A stretch of DNA of 60,998 bases, the filler included. It is 3 parts of 3 records of this genome, joined end to end, with 100 filler letters (N's around TTAATTAATTAA, not from the genome) between each part and the next. Parts side by side here need not be neighbours in the genome. Positions count along the whole stretch, not along the records: positions 1 to 23,456 come from DRR723986_8159; 2 more parts are not named here. One strand, written 5' to 3'. How positions within the stretch are numbered: the first letter of the stretch is position 1; each line of letters starts with the position of its first letter. Made by a program: the position numbers and the translations under genes. The notes under the pieces were generated by a model. The model made no database searches, had not been told where the DNA came from, and was given only the letters and a program-made list of their open reading frames with translations. This document shows, in pieces, positions 9,312-19,299 of the stretch.

Positions 9312-10682
9312 CTAGTCTTCAGAGCCTGGTGAATCGTCAGCAGACTGAGGGTAGCGCTCGGGCCAAAACGACTGCAGACGCTCGACGAATTCGGCTTCGG
9401 TACCACGTTTAACCGGCTTATATATGGCGTGTTCGCGCATGCCGTCAGGAAAATACTTTTGACGGACCCAGCCACCGGGGTGACTATGTGGATATTCGTA
9501 GCCGACACCGTGCCCCTCGTTTTTCATAAAGTCGGTCGGCGCATTGCGTAAAGGTAAAGGCACGTTAATTGTGTCCTGTTCGCGAACCAAGGCGCGCGCG
9601 GCTTTAATTGCGACGTAGGACGCATTTGACTTGGGCGCGGAAGCCAGATATGTGACACCCTGTGCAAGGTTAAGTGCACACTCCGGATAACCAATCAGAT
9701 TTACCGCCTGAAAAACGTTAACAGCGGTTGCAAGCGCCTGTGGATCGGCATTCCCGATATCCTCCGAGGCAAAAATGACAAGGCGGCGCGCAATGAACTT
9801 TGGATCTTCGCCGGCTTCGATCATATGCGCCAGCCACAGGAGAGCCGCGTCGGGATCGGAGCCGCGCATGGACTTAATAAACGCAGAAACGGCGTCGTAG
9901 TGATTATCGCCTTTTTTGTCGTAGCGCACAGTGCGTTGCTGCAGCGCGCGCTCCAGAATTTCAGCATTGATGTGCGACTTACCGTCTTCGGCTTTTTTGC
10001 TGATCGAAACGGCCATGTCGAGTGCATTTAAGGCGTTGCGCGCGTCTCCGGCTGAGATGCGCAGGAGCATATCCCAATCATCGATTTCGATATTGGCAGC
10101 CTGCAGAGTGGCGTCGGCTGCGATGGCACGTTCAACAACGGCGCGGATATCATCGCGGCTCAGTTCGCGCAGTTTATAGACCTGACAGCGACTAAGCAAA
10201 GCGGCATTGACTTCAAACGAAGGATTTTCGGTTGTAGCGCCGACGAGGGTTATGACACCTTTTTCGACAGCATGCAGGAGTGCATCCTGCTGAGATTTGT
10301 TAAATCGGTGAATCTCATCGATGAACAGCAGTGTCCGCTGCCCCATCCGCCGGCGGCTTTGCGCGGCAGCGATAACGGCGCGGACTTCTTTGACGCCGGC
10401 TTCAATGGCAGACAGGCGCTGGAAGTTAAACTCGGCACCGTTGGCCATTAATTGCGCAAGTGTTGTTTTACCAACGCCCGGCGGCCCCCAAAACAGGATT
10501 GATGGAAAATCGCGACGTTCAAAGAAGCGGCGCAGAGGTGCGTCCGGTCCGAGCAGGTGGCGCTGGCCGATGACGTCGTCAATTGTGGCGGGACGAATTC
10601 TTTCTGCAAGCGGAGCATCCCCGCTCGGAGCGTCGGACTTTTTAGGAGTATCCGGCTCAAGCGGGGCAAACAAATCACTCAT
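9312..10682 (-). CDS. rarA: Replication-associated recombination protein A (MgsA AAA+ ATPase)
   Basis: PLAERIRP, Walker A GPPGVGKTT, Walker B LFIDEIHRFNKSQQD, GATTENPSF, KSMRGSDPDA, SEDIGNADP. Confidence 0.96.
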   Translation of the reverse strand: MSDLFAPLEPDTPKKSDAPSGDAPLAERIRPATIDDVIGQRHLLGPDAPLRRFFERRDFPSILFWGPPGVGKTTLAQLMANGAEFNFQRLSAIEAGVKEVRAVIAAAQSRRRMGQRTLLFIDEIHRFNKSQQDALLHAVEKGVITLVGATTENPSFEVNAALLSRCQVYKLRELSRDDIRAVVERAIAADATLQAANIEIDDWDMLLRISAGDARNALNALDMAVSISKKAEDGKSHINAEILERALQQRTVRYDKKGDNHYDAVSAFIKSMRGSDPDAALLWLAHMIEAGEDPKFIARRLVIFASEDIGNADPQALATAVNVFQAVNLIGYPECALNLAQGVTYLASAPKSNASYVAIKAARALVREQDTINVPLPLRNAPTDFMKNEGHGVGYEYPHSHPGGWVRQKYFPDGMREHAIYKPVKRGTEAEFVERLQSFWPERYPQSADDSPGSED

Positions 10683-10690
10683 GTTTTAAC

Positions 10691-10864
10691 TCAGGAGATC
10701 TGGAAAGGCGGCTGTGAAGCCCAGATTGCCAGGAAGAGAACGCCAACAACACCAAGCATGATCCAGAAGAAAATCATGTCGGCGCCGGTCATCGGTTTAT
10801 CGCCAGAGAGGTTACTCCACTGCTGACGTTGTTTACCTTTTGTGCGATTGGAAATTTTAGCCAT
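10691..10864 (-). CDS. Small single-pass membrane protein (57 aa), absent from the ORF track
   Basis: Hand translation MAKISNRTKGKQRQQWSNLSGDKPMTGADMIFFWIMLGVVGVLFLAIWASQPPFQIS*; stop is 8 bp before the rarA ATG. Confidence 0.6.
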   Translation of the reverse strand: MAKISNRTKGKQRQQWSNLSGDKPMTGADMIFFWIMLGVVGVLFLAIWASQPPFQIS

Positions 10865-11289
10865 CGGGATTCCCGCAAATGTTAAGAGCGTTGTGCAACT
10901 ATTGAATTCTCGAAGCCTGGAGACAAAGCTGGAAGGACTTTAGCTGCCTGCTCTGTTGCTTCGAGGGAACTGCATCTACGCGTGGGTTCTGCAATTTACG
11001 AAGTGCCCGGCTACGAACCAAGGTTTGCGGCGCAGTTGTTTTGCGTCAATAGCCCGGCTGCGCATGGCAGTGAGTACTGTCATCCAAGCATTTAAGCATC
11101 GACTGTTAAGCCGGGCAAGGGAACGCAGCATTTGCGCTCAGGCATGGGACTTAACAGTCAGTGGCCGGCAAACATTGAATTGGGTCTTGAACTCAATGAC
11201 ATCAGGTTTGGCACTGATCGATTTGAGACGAGACTCATTGGTTTGAGACTTGGGGTTTGGCTCCGCGCGTGGGCCGCCTACTGCCCGGC

Positions 11290-12333
11290 CTATGTTCCCG
11301 CCTGAGTACTGGTCTTAACTACTGTCTTTGTGCCGTCCGGAACTGTGTATGCGGCAGCCGGCTGCACTGTAATGACCTGCGATGGCGGTGCGCCTGAGCC
11401 ACGTAGACGCGAGACTTTGCTGAGAACGTCAAACCAGAACGGTGCACCGAGTGAAATAGCCATTGCCGTGAGCAGTAATCCCAGAATTTTCTGCAGCCAG
11501 CCGAGAAAGTCGGTTGGCAGCTTGTTGTGCAGGTAGGGTGAAGCTTTCCAGCCAAACAGATCGAGATGGTTAAGCTGTTCGGTCGTAAAATTCATGCCCT
11601 GTTCCACACGCTTAAAACTCTCACCCAGCTGGATTGTTGATGTGTTGTTGGAGTCTAACTCGATGGTCGATTTTGCGATATCAGGCGTGTTTTTGACGGC
11701 GACTTCGGCCTGATCTACGAGTGAGCTGCGCAGCGTAGAGTCGTTGATCAGCGCATCGATCATTACAATTGTATCGGCGTTGAGAACACCAACGATAACG
11801 ACCGAAATTCCGAGCAGGATCCACGTGATCTGACGCTTGTACCAGCCGGAAACACGATCCATCATGTTGTCGTACCAGGTTTCGGCTGCGGCTTTAAACT
11901 TGTCGATATCACCGTTGGCTTCGTCAAGCAGATCCTGCAGTCGATGTTTTAACTCGGGATCATCGATTTTTTTGACGGCGGCTTCAATGTCGGCGATTAC
12001 GGGCACTTTGGTGCTGCCGTCATGTGGAACGAGTGAGCGGATCAGCGCAGCTACAAAGGTTTTTGCCGGCAAGTATGAGGGCAGGCGTGAGCTACTTTTT
12101 GACTTGGAGTTTGAGGACTGCATGCCCCGGATTGATGGTGAGTCCAGAACTTTGGCAGCCCAGCCGGTCGCGTCCGGATCGTTGAGCATGGTACAGATTC
12201 CGCGCGCCAGGTTTTTTCCGCGCGTACCAATCCAGGAAACAAAAAACTCGTTAATGCTTGAGACAATGACGCTAAGCAGGGCATAAAACAGCACCAGGCC
12301 GATTACAACTCCCAGCAGTGTGGAATCAATCAT
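11290..12333 (-). CDS. Conserved hypothetical multi-pass membrane protein
   Basis: Three hydrophobic segments; motifs RLPSYLP, WYDNMMDRVSGWYKR, ISLGAPFWFDVLSK; RBS AGAGGAG upstream. Confidence 0.8.
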   Translation of the reverse strand: MIDSTLLGVVIGLVLFYALLSVIVSSINEFFVSWIGTRGKNLARGICTMLNDPDATGWAAKVLDSPSIRGMQSSNSKSKSSSRLPSYLPAKTFVAALIRSLVPHDGSTKVPVIADIEAAVKKIDDPELKHRLQDLLDEANGDIDKFKAAAETWYDNMMDRVSGWYKRQITWILLGISVVIVGVLNADTIVMIDALINDSTLRSSLVDQAEVAVKNTPDIAKSTIELDSNNTSTIQLGESFKRVEQGMNFTTEQLNHLDLFGWKASPYLHNKLPTDFLGWLQKILGLLLTAMAISLGAPFWFDVLSKVSRLRGSGAPPSQVITVQPAAAYTVPDGTKTVVKTSTQAGT

Positions 12334-12345
12334 TGAACTCCTCTC

Positions 12346-13716
12346 TTAGTGTGCCGCCTCCAGTTTCTTGAGGATGGCGTCGGTTTGTTTGGGGTATGTA
12401 GCAATGTAGTGAGTGCGCACATCAACACCTTCGGCTTCGCGGGCGTCCGCTTCCACCAACAGTGATGCTGATTGGCTGACCGGCATATGGCAGTCGACAC
12501 AGGCCTTAGTCAGGTCAATATCCTCTGAGCCGTGCATGCCACAATCGGCTTCGCTGTGACAAGTTTGGCATTTACTATTAAAAAAAGCAAGGTCGCGCTG
12601 TTTTTTGTGAGGATCGTGGCAGGTTGTACAAGTCATATCAGTACTCTGCTTAAAACATTCGCTGAGCTTCAAGAGGCCAACCTGATTGCCATGCACGTCA
12701 AGGGCTGATGGGTCAGCAGATTCGACGGGGACAAAAAAGCTGTCGAGCGGCATTCCCGCCTGATAGGTAAAGGGCTCCTGCAGAATTCCGGTCACTCCGG
12801 AATGGCACCAGGCACAGAGGTCAAGCGCGCGCTCACGTGAGCCGTGGCCGGTATTTACAATGTGTTTTGCGGCAGTTTCGGCTGGATTTTTACGGTGAAA
12901 TTCGACATGTGCGCGGCCGGGATTGTGACATTTTTCGCATGATATTCCGAGAATTTTATTTTCGGGCACATAAGCATTTAGTTTGTGTGACATGAATTCT
13001 GCGGCCTCTTCGGCTGAAGTCTCGGCGATACTTTCGACTGAAAGTTTGTTGACTTTTTCGCCAATTTCCCAGGGAAGTCGCGATTCAAAATAGGTGGCAT
13101 GACACTCAACGCAGCGCGTAACAACGGGACGATCAAATCCGATTTCTTCGGGAGTATAGCCGGGGCTGATCACCCATTCATCCGTAACGGTGTAATAGGA
13201 GACGGGCAGCTGGAATAGCAGACTATCATCTTGCCAGTTCAGATAGGTTTGGCCTTTGCGTCCAGATCCGACCACGATATCCATGGGGACGGCACGGCGA
13301 TAGCTGGCCTCGGTCGTATCATCTCCGTAAATCGCAACCTGATAGAGGCGTTGATTGCGTTCGGTCATGCGAATGTGCAGTCCGTCGTTAATTGCGAGCG
13401 TATTGTGTGCTGAAGCCAGGTTGCCCAGGACATTTTCACGTACGCCAGGCCGGGATGTGTTATGATGCGCTGTTTTTAGAAAGTCAGCCACGATCTCGGC
13501 GTGACATTCGGCGCAGGCCTGGGTACCGACGTAGTCATCCATGGGGTCGTCGGAACTGGCCGCAAACACAGGCGTTTCTGCATCAGGCTTGTTATCCGGC
13601 TGAGGTTTACCGGCATCACTGCAGGCAAGCAACAAGATTAACATCAAAAAAACGGCAAGTCCGGCAGGTACTTTGGCGAGGAGAGCGTAAGACGCTGGGT
13701 GCATTGGAAGGGACAT
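12346..13716 (-). CDS. Multiheme c-type cytochrome lipoprotein (7 CxxCH)
   Basis: CAECH, CVECH, CEKCH, CAWCH, CTTCH, CQTCH, CVDCH; lipobox LLAC. Confidence 0.9.
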   Translation of the reverse strand: MSLPMHPASYALLAKVPAGLAVFLMLILLLACSDAGKPQPDNKPDAETPVFAASSDDPMDDYVGTQACAECHAEIVADFLKTAHHNTSRPGVRENVLGNLASAHNTLAINDGLHIRMTERNQRLYQVAIYGDDTTEASYRRAVPMDIVVGSGRKGQTYLNWQDDSLLFQLPVSYYTVTDEWVISPGYTPEEIGFDRPVVTRCVECHATYFESRLPWEIGEKVNKLSVESIAETSAEEAAEFMSHKLNAYVPENKILGISCEKCHNPGRAHVEFHRKNPAETAAKHIVNTGHGSRERALDLCAWCHSGVTGILQEPFTYQAGMPLDSFFVPVESADPSALDVHGNQVGLLKLSECFKQSTDMTCTTCHDPHKKQRDLAFFNSKCQTCHSEADCGMHGSEDIDLTKACVDCHMPVSQSASLLVEADAREAEGVDVRTHYIATYPKQTDAILKKLEAAH

Positions 13717-13845
13717 GTATGTAAACGGCTGAGTGTTAAGGAAGTCACAATATACGTCGGCTTAAGCTATTCCGGACACTACTAGGCTTCGAAAGTTTTA
13801 GAATCGCGTCGAGTTAGTGTTTTCAGTGAATGATTACCCTGTGTT

Positions 13846-16026
13846 TTAGGGCGGCTTGGTGTTTGGGGAATCTGCGTTTGGCCGGCTGTTCGCGTGAGCC
13901 GGCAGGTGTAGTTTGTGCAGGCTGTTTTGCCATTCTTCGGCCAGGTCGCGATTAAACTGCGGCAAACATACAATCGGCCTCTGCAGGTCTTTGCTGCTGA
14001 TTTCGACAGTATTACACACAAGGTTATAGAGCAGATTTCCGCCGGTGGACAGCTCCGCGAGATTAAGACTTTCAACAGAATACGGCAGACGACGTATACG
14101 AACCCGATGCGCCGACAATGAGTCGAGAGCCGCAAACATGTCGCGGCGCTTAAACAGAAGCGAGGGCACGACCAATTTGTTTATCCGGGAGTATTGCGCA
14201 TGGCGCAAGAGTGCCAGCGAAGATGGTCCATTACAGATGACTGTCAGTGAGTCACAGTCGCGCAGCGCATAGTCCAACAGCCCTTTGTCACTACGATTAT
14301 ACACAAGATCCAGATGACGATCCTGCAGAAGCAAAGTGCTGTGAGTGTGTCTTGCGTTTGCCTGGTCACGCAGGAGCAAAGCCACAAAATTACGCCTGGC
14401 AATCAGTTCAATAGCCGCCGGCCTTTGGAGCTGCAGAAACCAGAGCCCAGCCAGGATAGCCCCGGCAAAACAGGCACGCAGCAGGGCCTGCCGGCGCCGC
14501 GCGGCGAACATGCACCAAACTGTAGCAAACGCAAGCCCCCAGGCGGCAAAAATGGCGGCATCTTCGATGAGAACGGCAGTCGGCAGCCTGGCCAGGATCG
14601 AGTTCAGGTACAGGGCCAGCCGCAGTAAAACGTCAAATGTAAGCGCAAACAGCTCCCCCAGCGCCGGCCAGAAGAGTGCCGTGAGAGTCGCCAATGTTGC
14701 CTGGACCATGGCGAGCATGACCAATGGAATGATGATAAGGTTGGCTACCAGGGCAAAAACGGCAAACATGCCAAAGTGATGGGCTATTAGCGGGTTGACA
14801 GTAATTCCGACGGCCAGACTTAAACACAGGGAATTCTGCACATAGGCCGAACGCAAAAATTTGCGTGGCCACCAACGCTGCAGCGATTCCTGTAGCGGAC
14901 CATAAAACAGGGCAATTCCGGCGACGGCGGCAAACGAGAGTTGAAAGCCAATTGAATTCAACTGCGCTGGTTCGATTGCCAGCATAACCAGAGCCGTAAG
15001 ACATAAGATGTTCAGTAGTTGCGGACGCCGTTCCAGGCCGGCGAGACCGCGCCAGATTATGAACATTGTCACGGCGCGCAGTGTTGATTCGCGCAGTCCA
15101 CTTATGCAACAGAATGCAGCCAAAACAAGCAGCAGGATCACCCATTGCAGGCTGCGCACGCGAATGTATGCCAAGGGCAGCAGGAGCAGCGAGGCGATCA
15201 ACAGAACGTGCATGCCGCTCAATGCCAGGACATGCGCGGTACCGGTGCGCACAAAGTCGCGCCGCTGTTCAGTGGCAATGCCCCGGCGGTTTCCGGTAAG
15301 GAGAGCCAGGGCGTAGGCGCGCGTGGCTGGTGGAAATGTTTGATGGATATGGGCTTCGAGCGCACCTGCGGCCTGGGCGGCGATGCGGCGCAGGGAGTTA
15401 CCCGGCCTGATGATTCGGCAATTGACGGCTTTGCACTCTGCCAGTAGCAGAGAACCACGGCTACGCAGATACGCGGCTTCGTTAAACTCGTTGGGCAGGC
15501 CGGGAGCTGTGGCAGGTCGGGCGTGTGCATTGAGGCTGACCAGGTCTCCGGGAGCAATTGTGGTTCTGCCACGGATGCGCACGAGGATTGAGCGGCATTC
15601 GAATGTCGGCAAGCCGCGCAGCTTGACGCGGGCCTGAAGCAAGCAGGTGGTCCGCAGGCTATCCTGACGCAGAACTTCTTTTACGTTTCCATCGATGCCG
15701 CAGCGGATCAGAGGCACATCGGCGCGTGGATGGACTAAGGGACTCGCGGTTTCTAACTCAGTGCAAAACAAAAAGCTCATGCTTAATGCCGCCAGGTGAT
15801 ATGCCGTCCTGTGCCGGCCCCTGAAAGCACAGACGAGCCCTATCAAGCCAGTGAGCGCAGCTATCAGAATGGCAACTGAGTGCTCCAGTATGCCAAAACA
15901 CGCAAAAATACATGTGCAGGCGAGGCTATACACACTGCAGATCAATAGTAATTTGGCCGCAGGAAATTGTTCAGCTCTCAGCACAGTTCGAGGGCCGGAA
16001 TTATCCGTATCCAGCGCTTGCTGCAT
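13846..16026 (-). CDS. comEC: ComEC/Rec2 competence membrane protein
   Basis: PNEFNEAAYL, TGTAHVLALSGMHV, GFQLSFAAV, ANLIIIP; many TM segments. Confidence 0.9.
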   Translation of the reverse strand: MQQALDTDNSGPRTVLRAEQFPAAKLLLICSVYSLACTCIFACFGILEHSVAILIAALTGLIGLVCAFRGRHRTAYHLAALSMSFLFCTELETASPLVHPRADVPLIRCGIDGNVKEVLRQDSLRTTCLLQARVKLRGLPTFECRSILVRIRGRTTIAPGDLVSLNAHARPATAPGLPNEFNEAAYLRSRGSLLLAECKAVNCRIIRPGNSLRRIAAQAAGALEAHIHQTFPPATRAYALALLTGNRRGIATEQRRDFVRTGTAHVLALSGMHVLLIASLLLLPLAYIRVRSLQWVILLLVLAAFCCISGLRESTLRAVTMFIIWRGLAGLERRPQLLNILCLTALVMLAIEPAQLNSIGFQLSFAAVAGIALFYGPLQESLQRWWPRKFLRSAYVQNSLCLSLAVGITVNPLIAHHFGMFAVFALVANLIIIPLVMLAMVQATLATLTALFWPALGELFALTFDVLLRLALYLNSILARLPTAVLIEDAAIFAAWGLAFATVWCMFAARRRQALLRACFAGAILAGLWFLQLQRPAAIELIARRNFVALLLRDQANARHTHSTLLLQDRHLDLVYNRSDKGLLDYALRDCDSLTVICNGPSSLALLRHAQYSRINKLVVPSLLFKRRDMFAALDSLSAHRVRIRRLPYSVESLNLAELSTGGNLLYNLVCNTVEISSKDLQRPIVCLPQFNRDLAEEWQNSLHKLHLPAHANSRPNADSPNTKPP

Positions 16027-16363
16027 CCTAGCTCACGGTTAGTTCGGTTTGGCCATGCGCGGCCGCATTCTGTATTTGAAGTGCAAGTTGAATCCAGGTG
16101 TCGGAAGAACTGAGGGCAAAACACTGAGTGGCCGGTAATCAGCTCTGAACGCCGCGATATTCGACTTATGTGGCACGAGGAGAGGCTAAAATTTGGTTTG
16201 TGCCGGCAAAGCCGGAGGTGGGTGTGGAAACATTTATACCACGCGCGGTATTTTTTCTTTTTCATTTAAGAAAAAACGCCGTATTTTCGAAGTTTATGCG
16301 CAGAATTTTGCGCCGCAGATTGCAATAGACATATATACGATAGAATAATCAAGGGGTGCTATC

Positions 16364-16591
16364 ATGGCGCGTCGATGCCAACTCACCGGCAAAGGTGTAC
16401 AAAGCGGAAACAATGTTTCCCACGCGAATAACAAAACGCGACGTCGTTTCCTGCCGAATCTGCAGAAGAAACGAATCTGGATTCCAGAAGAAGGGCGTTT
16501 CATTACGCTGAAGATTTCAACCCGCGCTCTGCGGACTCTCGACAAAAAAGGCTACACAGCCATGATGCGAGAGCTCGAACAGAAAGCCTGA
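16364..16591 (+). CDS. rpmB: 50S ribosomal protein L28
   Basis: MARRCQLTGK..GNNVSHANNKTRRRFLPNLQKKR. Confidence 0.98.
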   Translation: MARRCQLTGKGVQSGNNVSHANNKTRRRFLPNLQKKRIWIPEEGRFITLKISTRALRTLDKKGYTAMMRELEQKA

Positions 16592-16599
16592 TGAATTTC

Positions 16600-16631
16600 C
16601 AAACCCTCCCCCAGCGGAGGGTTTGTTGTTT
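16600..16631 (+). terminator. Intrinsic terminator after rpmB
   Basis: CAAACCCTCC/GGAGGGTTTG stem followed by TTGTTT. Confidence 0.75.
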
Positions 16632-16809
16632 CTAGGCCTGCCTGCCGGCAAAAAATCGATCACGCCCCGCAATACCTAGGGTCAAAATTATCCTGAAGTT
16701 AATTCGCAAGCAGGCAGCGTTCCCGGCAATCTGACGTGCAAAGTCACGTCACCCCAAACATAGCTCTCCCGGCCAATTTTCCTATTGCCAAGGTCCATCT
16801 ACTCTGGCT

Positions 16810-18519
16810 TTGATGGATGAGAATGTGAACATGAAGCAGCGAAGCAGACACTACAAGCACCCGCGGCGAAACATGATCCAGAACTGTGGGACACCACACT
16901 GGATACTGTTAATGCCCCTGCTGCTTGTGCTGGTTTCCTGTACACAGTTTCTGCCCCCGATTGAGGATGAAGGCCAGGGCATAAAACTGCGCGGTTCAAA
17001 GACCACCGGAAAACGCGTAGCGCTTGACATTTTTGCACGTGGATCTGCCTACCAGATGCGCGGTCATTTTGCCGAAGCGATCCTCGAATTTCAAAAAGCA
17101 CTTAAGTACGATGAGTCTGCGGCGATCCATCTGGCGGTAGCACAGTGTTTCATGGAGCTGGATGATCTGGAGCAAGCCGCAGTCCACATCAATCGTGGCC
17201 TGGAACTAAACCCCGATTTCTTGCCGCTGCATGAAGCCCGCGGACAATACCATGTGTTTAGTGGCCGAATTGATGACGCAATCCTGAATTTCCGTTATCT
17301 GGACAGCCTGCAGCCCAACACCCTTTCGGCAAAAGTGACGCTGGCACGCCTCTACGAGCTGCGCAATCTCGATTCTGCCATTTCGGTGTACGAGGTCGTC
17401 CTGGCTGAGCGCGAAGCCGATCAACAGGACGAGAACTTTCCGATTTTGGCCAAGCTGGCAGATTTGTATGAAGCGACCGGTGATTCCCTGCGTTATATCG
17501 CAATGCTGGAAAAGATGAATGCTTCAACCACGGCGTTGAGTTACCTGCCGTTCCAGCTTATGCAGGCCTATGTGCAGCAGAATGACCTGGCAAAGGCCTA
17601 TGAGCTGATGCATACGGCGGCCTATACGGTGCCTGCTGACGATGTTGATTTCTACTTCGCTTCGTATGCTACCGTGCTTCTCGAACGCATTGCAGACTCA
17701 GGTGCGATGCCCGAGGCTGTGGACGAATACACGAATTTTCTGGACGAAGTTGACCCGCCGGGTTGGCTGGGACCGTATTATGCGGCGTTGTTGCGCTATG
17801 AAATTGGCGACAGCAGCAAAGCTGAAGAGTGGTTTGACCGCACGCTGGAATATGCCGAAACCGTAGAGGATGTTCCGATTCGCGTCAGCCTGCATTATTT
17901 GCGCTCCGACCAGGCGATGCGCGCCGTCGATCTGCTCAACATCCACGAAGAGCAATATCCGCAGAATCCCGAATATCCATTTTATCAGGGAATGGCGTGG
18001 CAGCAACTGGGCGACCTGGAGCGCGCAATCGAGGATCTGGATCGTACGACTGAATTGGCTCCCGACTTTGTGGATGCCTGGATTCAACTCGGTAATATTT
18101 TCAGCCTGACGGGCGACCATGATAAGTCGGACGGTGCATATGAGCAGGCGCTTGACCTGGCTCCCGAGAGTGCGCTGATCAACAACAATTACGCCTATGC
18201 GCTCAGCGAACGCGGCATTCAGCTGGAACGGGCCAAACGAATGGCGGAAATGGCGCTGGCGGTTGAGCCGGGCAATGCTTCCTACCTGGACACCATGGGC
18301 TGGATTTACTTTCAACTGGAACAATACGACAAAGCCTTGACCTATATTCGCCGTTCCGTTGCTGTTGATGACAGCAGTGCCACGGTTTACGAACATCTTG
18401 GCGACTGCTATGCCAAACTTGGACAAACTGACAATGCGCGGGAAGCCTGGCTGCGCGCATTGGAACTGGAACCAGATCGCGACTCGACACTCGAACGACT
18501 AGGCCGGCGCGGAGGATAA
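16810..18519 (+). CDS. Tetratricopeptide-repeat lipoprotein
   Basis: Lipobox LVSC; many TPRs including NNYAYALS, YLDTMGWIYF, YEHLGDCY. True start may lie downstream of 16810. Confidence 0.85.
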   Translation: MMDENVNMKQRSRHYKHPRRNMIQNCGTPHWILLMPLLLVLVSCTQFLPPIEDEGQGIKLRGSKTTGKRVALDIFARGSAYQMRGHFAEAILEFQKALKYDESAAIHLAVAQCFMELDDLEQAAVHINRGLELNPDFLPLHEARGQYHVFSGRIDDAILNFRYLDSLQPNTLSAKVTLARLYELRNLDSAISVYEVVLAEREADQQDENFPILAKLADLYEATGDSLRYIAMLEKMNASTTALSYLPFQLMQAYVQQNDLAKAYELMHTAAYTVPADDVDFYFASYATVLLERIADSGAMPEAVDEYTNFLDEVDPPGWLGPYYAALLRYEIGDSSKAEEWFDRTLEYAETVEDVPIRVSLHYLRSDQAMRAVDLLNIHEEQYPQNPEYPFYQGMAWQQLGDLERAIEDLDRTTELAPDFVDAWIQLGNIFSLTGDHDKSDGAYEQALDLAPESALINNNYAYALSERGIQLERAKRMAEMALAVEPGNASYLDTMGWIYFQLEQYDKALTYIRRSVAVDDSSATVYEHLGDCYAKLGQTDNAREAWLRALELEPDRDSTLERLGRRGG

Positions 18520-18522
18520 ACT

Positions 18523-19287
18523 ATGAAAGTTCTGAAATCTCTACTGATCCTGATGGTACTGGCAGGATGCAGCACCACAAAAACTACGAACGACAGCACG
18601 GCCCCAAGCAATCGGGTTGAACAGGTACGCAATCACCTGAACACACGTGGCAGTGACATTCAGGCACTGGAGTTTGCCGGCGCAATCATCAGTAAACGCC
18701 AAGGCGGCTCACAACGCGGAAATTTTGAGCTTTCGATGTTGCAGACCGATTCGCTCCTGCTCTCGATCTACATGCCACTCGGTAATATTCTGATTGGAGC
18801 TCTAAGCGCCTCTCCCGACGAATTCCTGTACTACGATGCACTGCGCAGCGAAGCGATTGAAGGTGAACCTTCAGCTGAAAACATGGAACGCATCCTCTAC
18901 ATTCCGCTTTCACACCTGGATGTGGCGCATCTGATTCGCGGCGAGATTCCCGGCGGAATCGAGGAATTCCGCGAACATACAAACGATGATGGCCTGACCT
19001 CTTTGGTACGCAGCCGCGAAGGAATTATAGAACGCGTCTTGTATTCTCAAGAAAATCAGGCAATTTCGCAGTACGCACGCAAAGATGATAATGGCAACAC
19101 GATTGTGACGGTCAGTTTTGGTGAGTTCGAAACGATCGAAGGCACCCCAATCGCCTCGGTCGTGAATATGAACTTCCCAACTGCCGACATGGCATTAACG
19201 CTGCGCTGCGATCAGATAATTCTCAATCAACCTGCGTCAAAATATAATTTTGCACTCCCGGACGGAATTACACGCAGACGATATTAA
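18523..19287 (+). CDS. DUF4292-like (LolB-like fold) lipoprotein
   Basis: Lipobox LAGC, DSLLLSI motif, usual position after the TPR gene in FCB genomes. Confidence 0.7.
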   Translation: MKVLKSLLILMVLAGCSTTKTTNDSTAPSNRVEQVRNHLNTRGSDIQALEFAGAIISKRQGGSQRGNFELSMLQTDSLLLSIYMPLGNILIGALSASPDEFLYYDALRSEAIEGEPSAENMERILYIPLSHLDVAHLIRGEIPGGIEEFREHTNDDGLTSLVRSREGIIERVLYSQENQAISQYARKDDNGNTIVTVSFGEFETIEGTPIASVVNMNFPTADMALTLRCDQIILNQPASKYNFALPDGITRRRY

Positions 19288-19299
19288 GACAGGTAGAGC

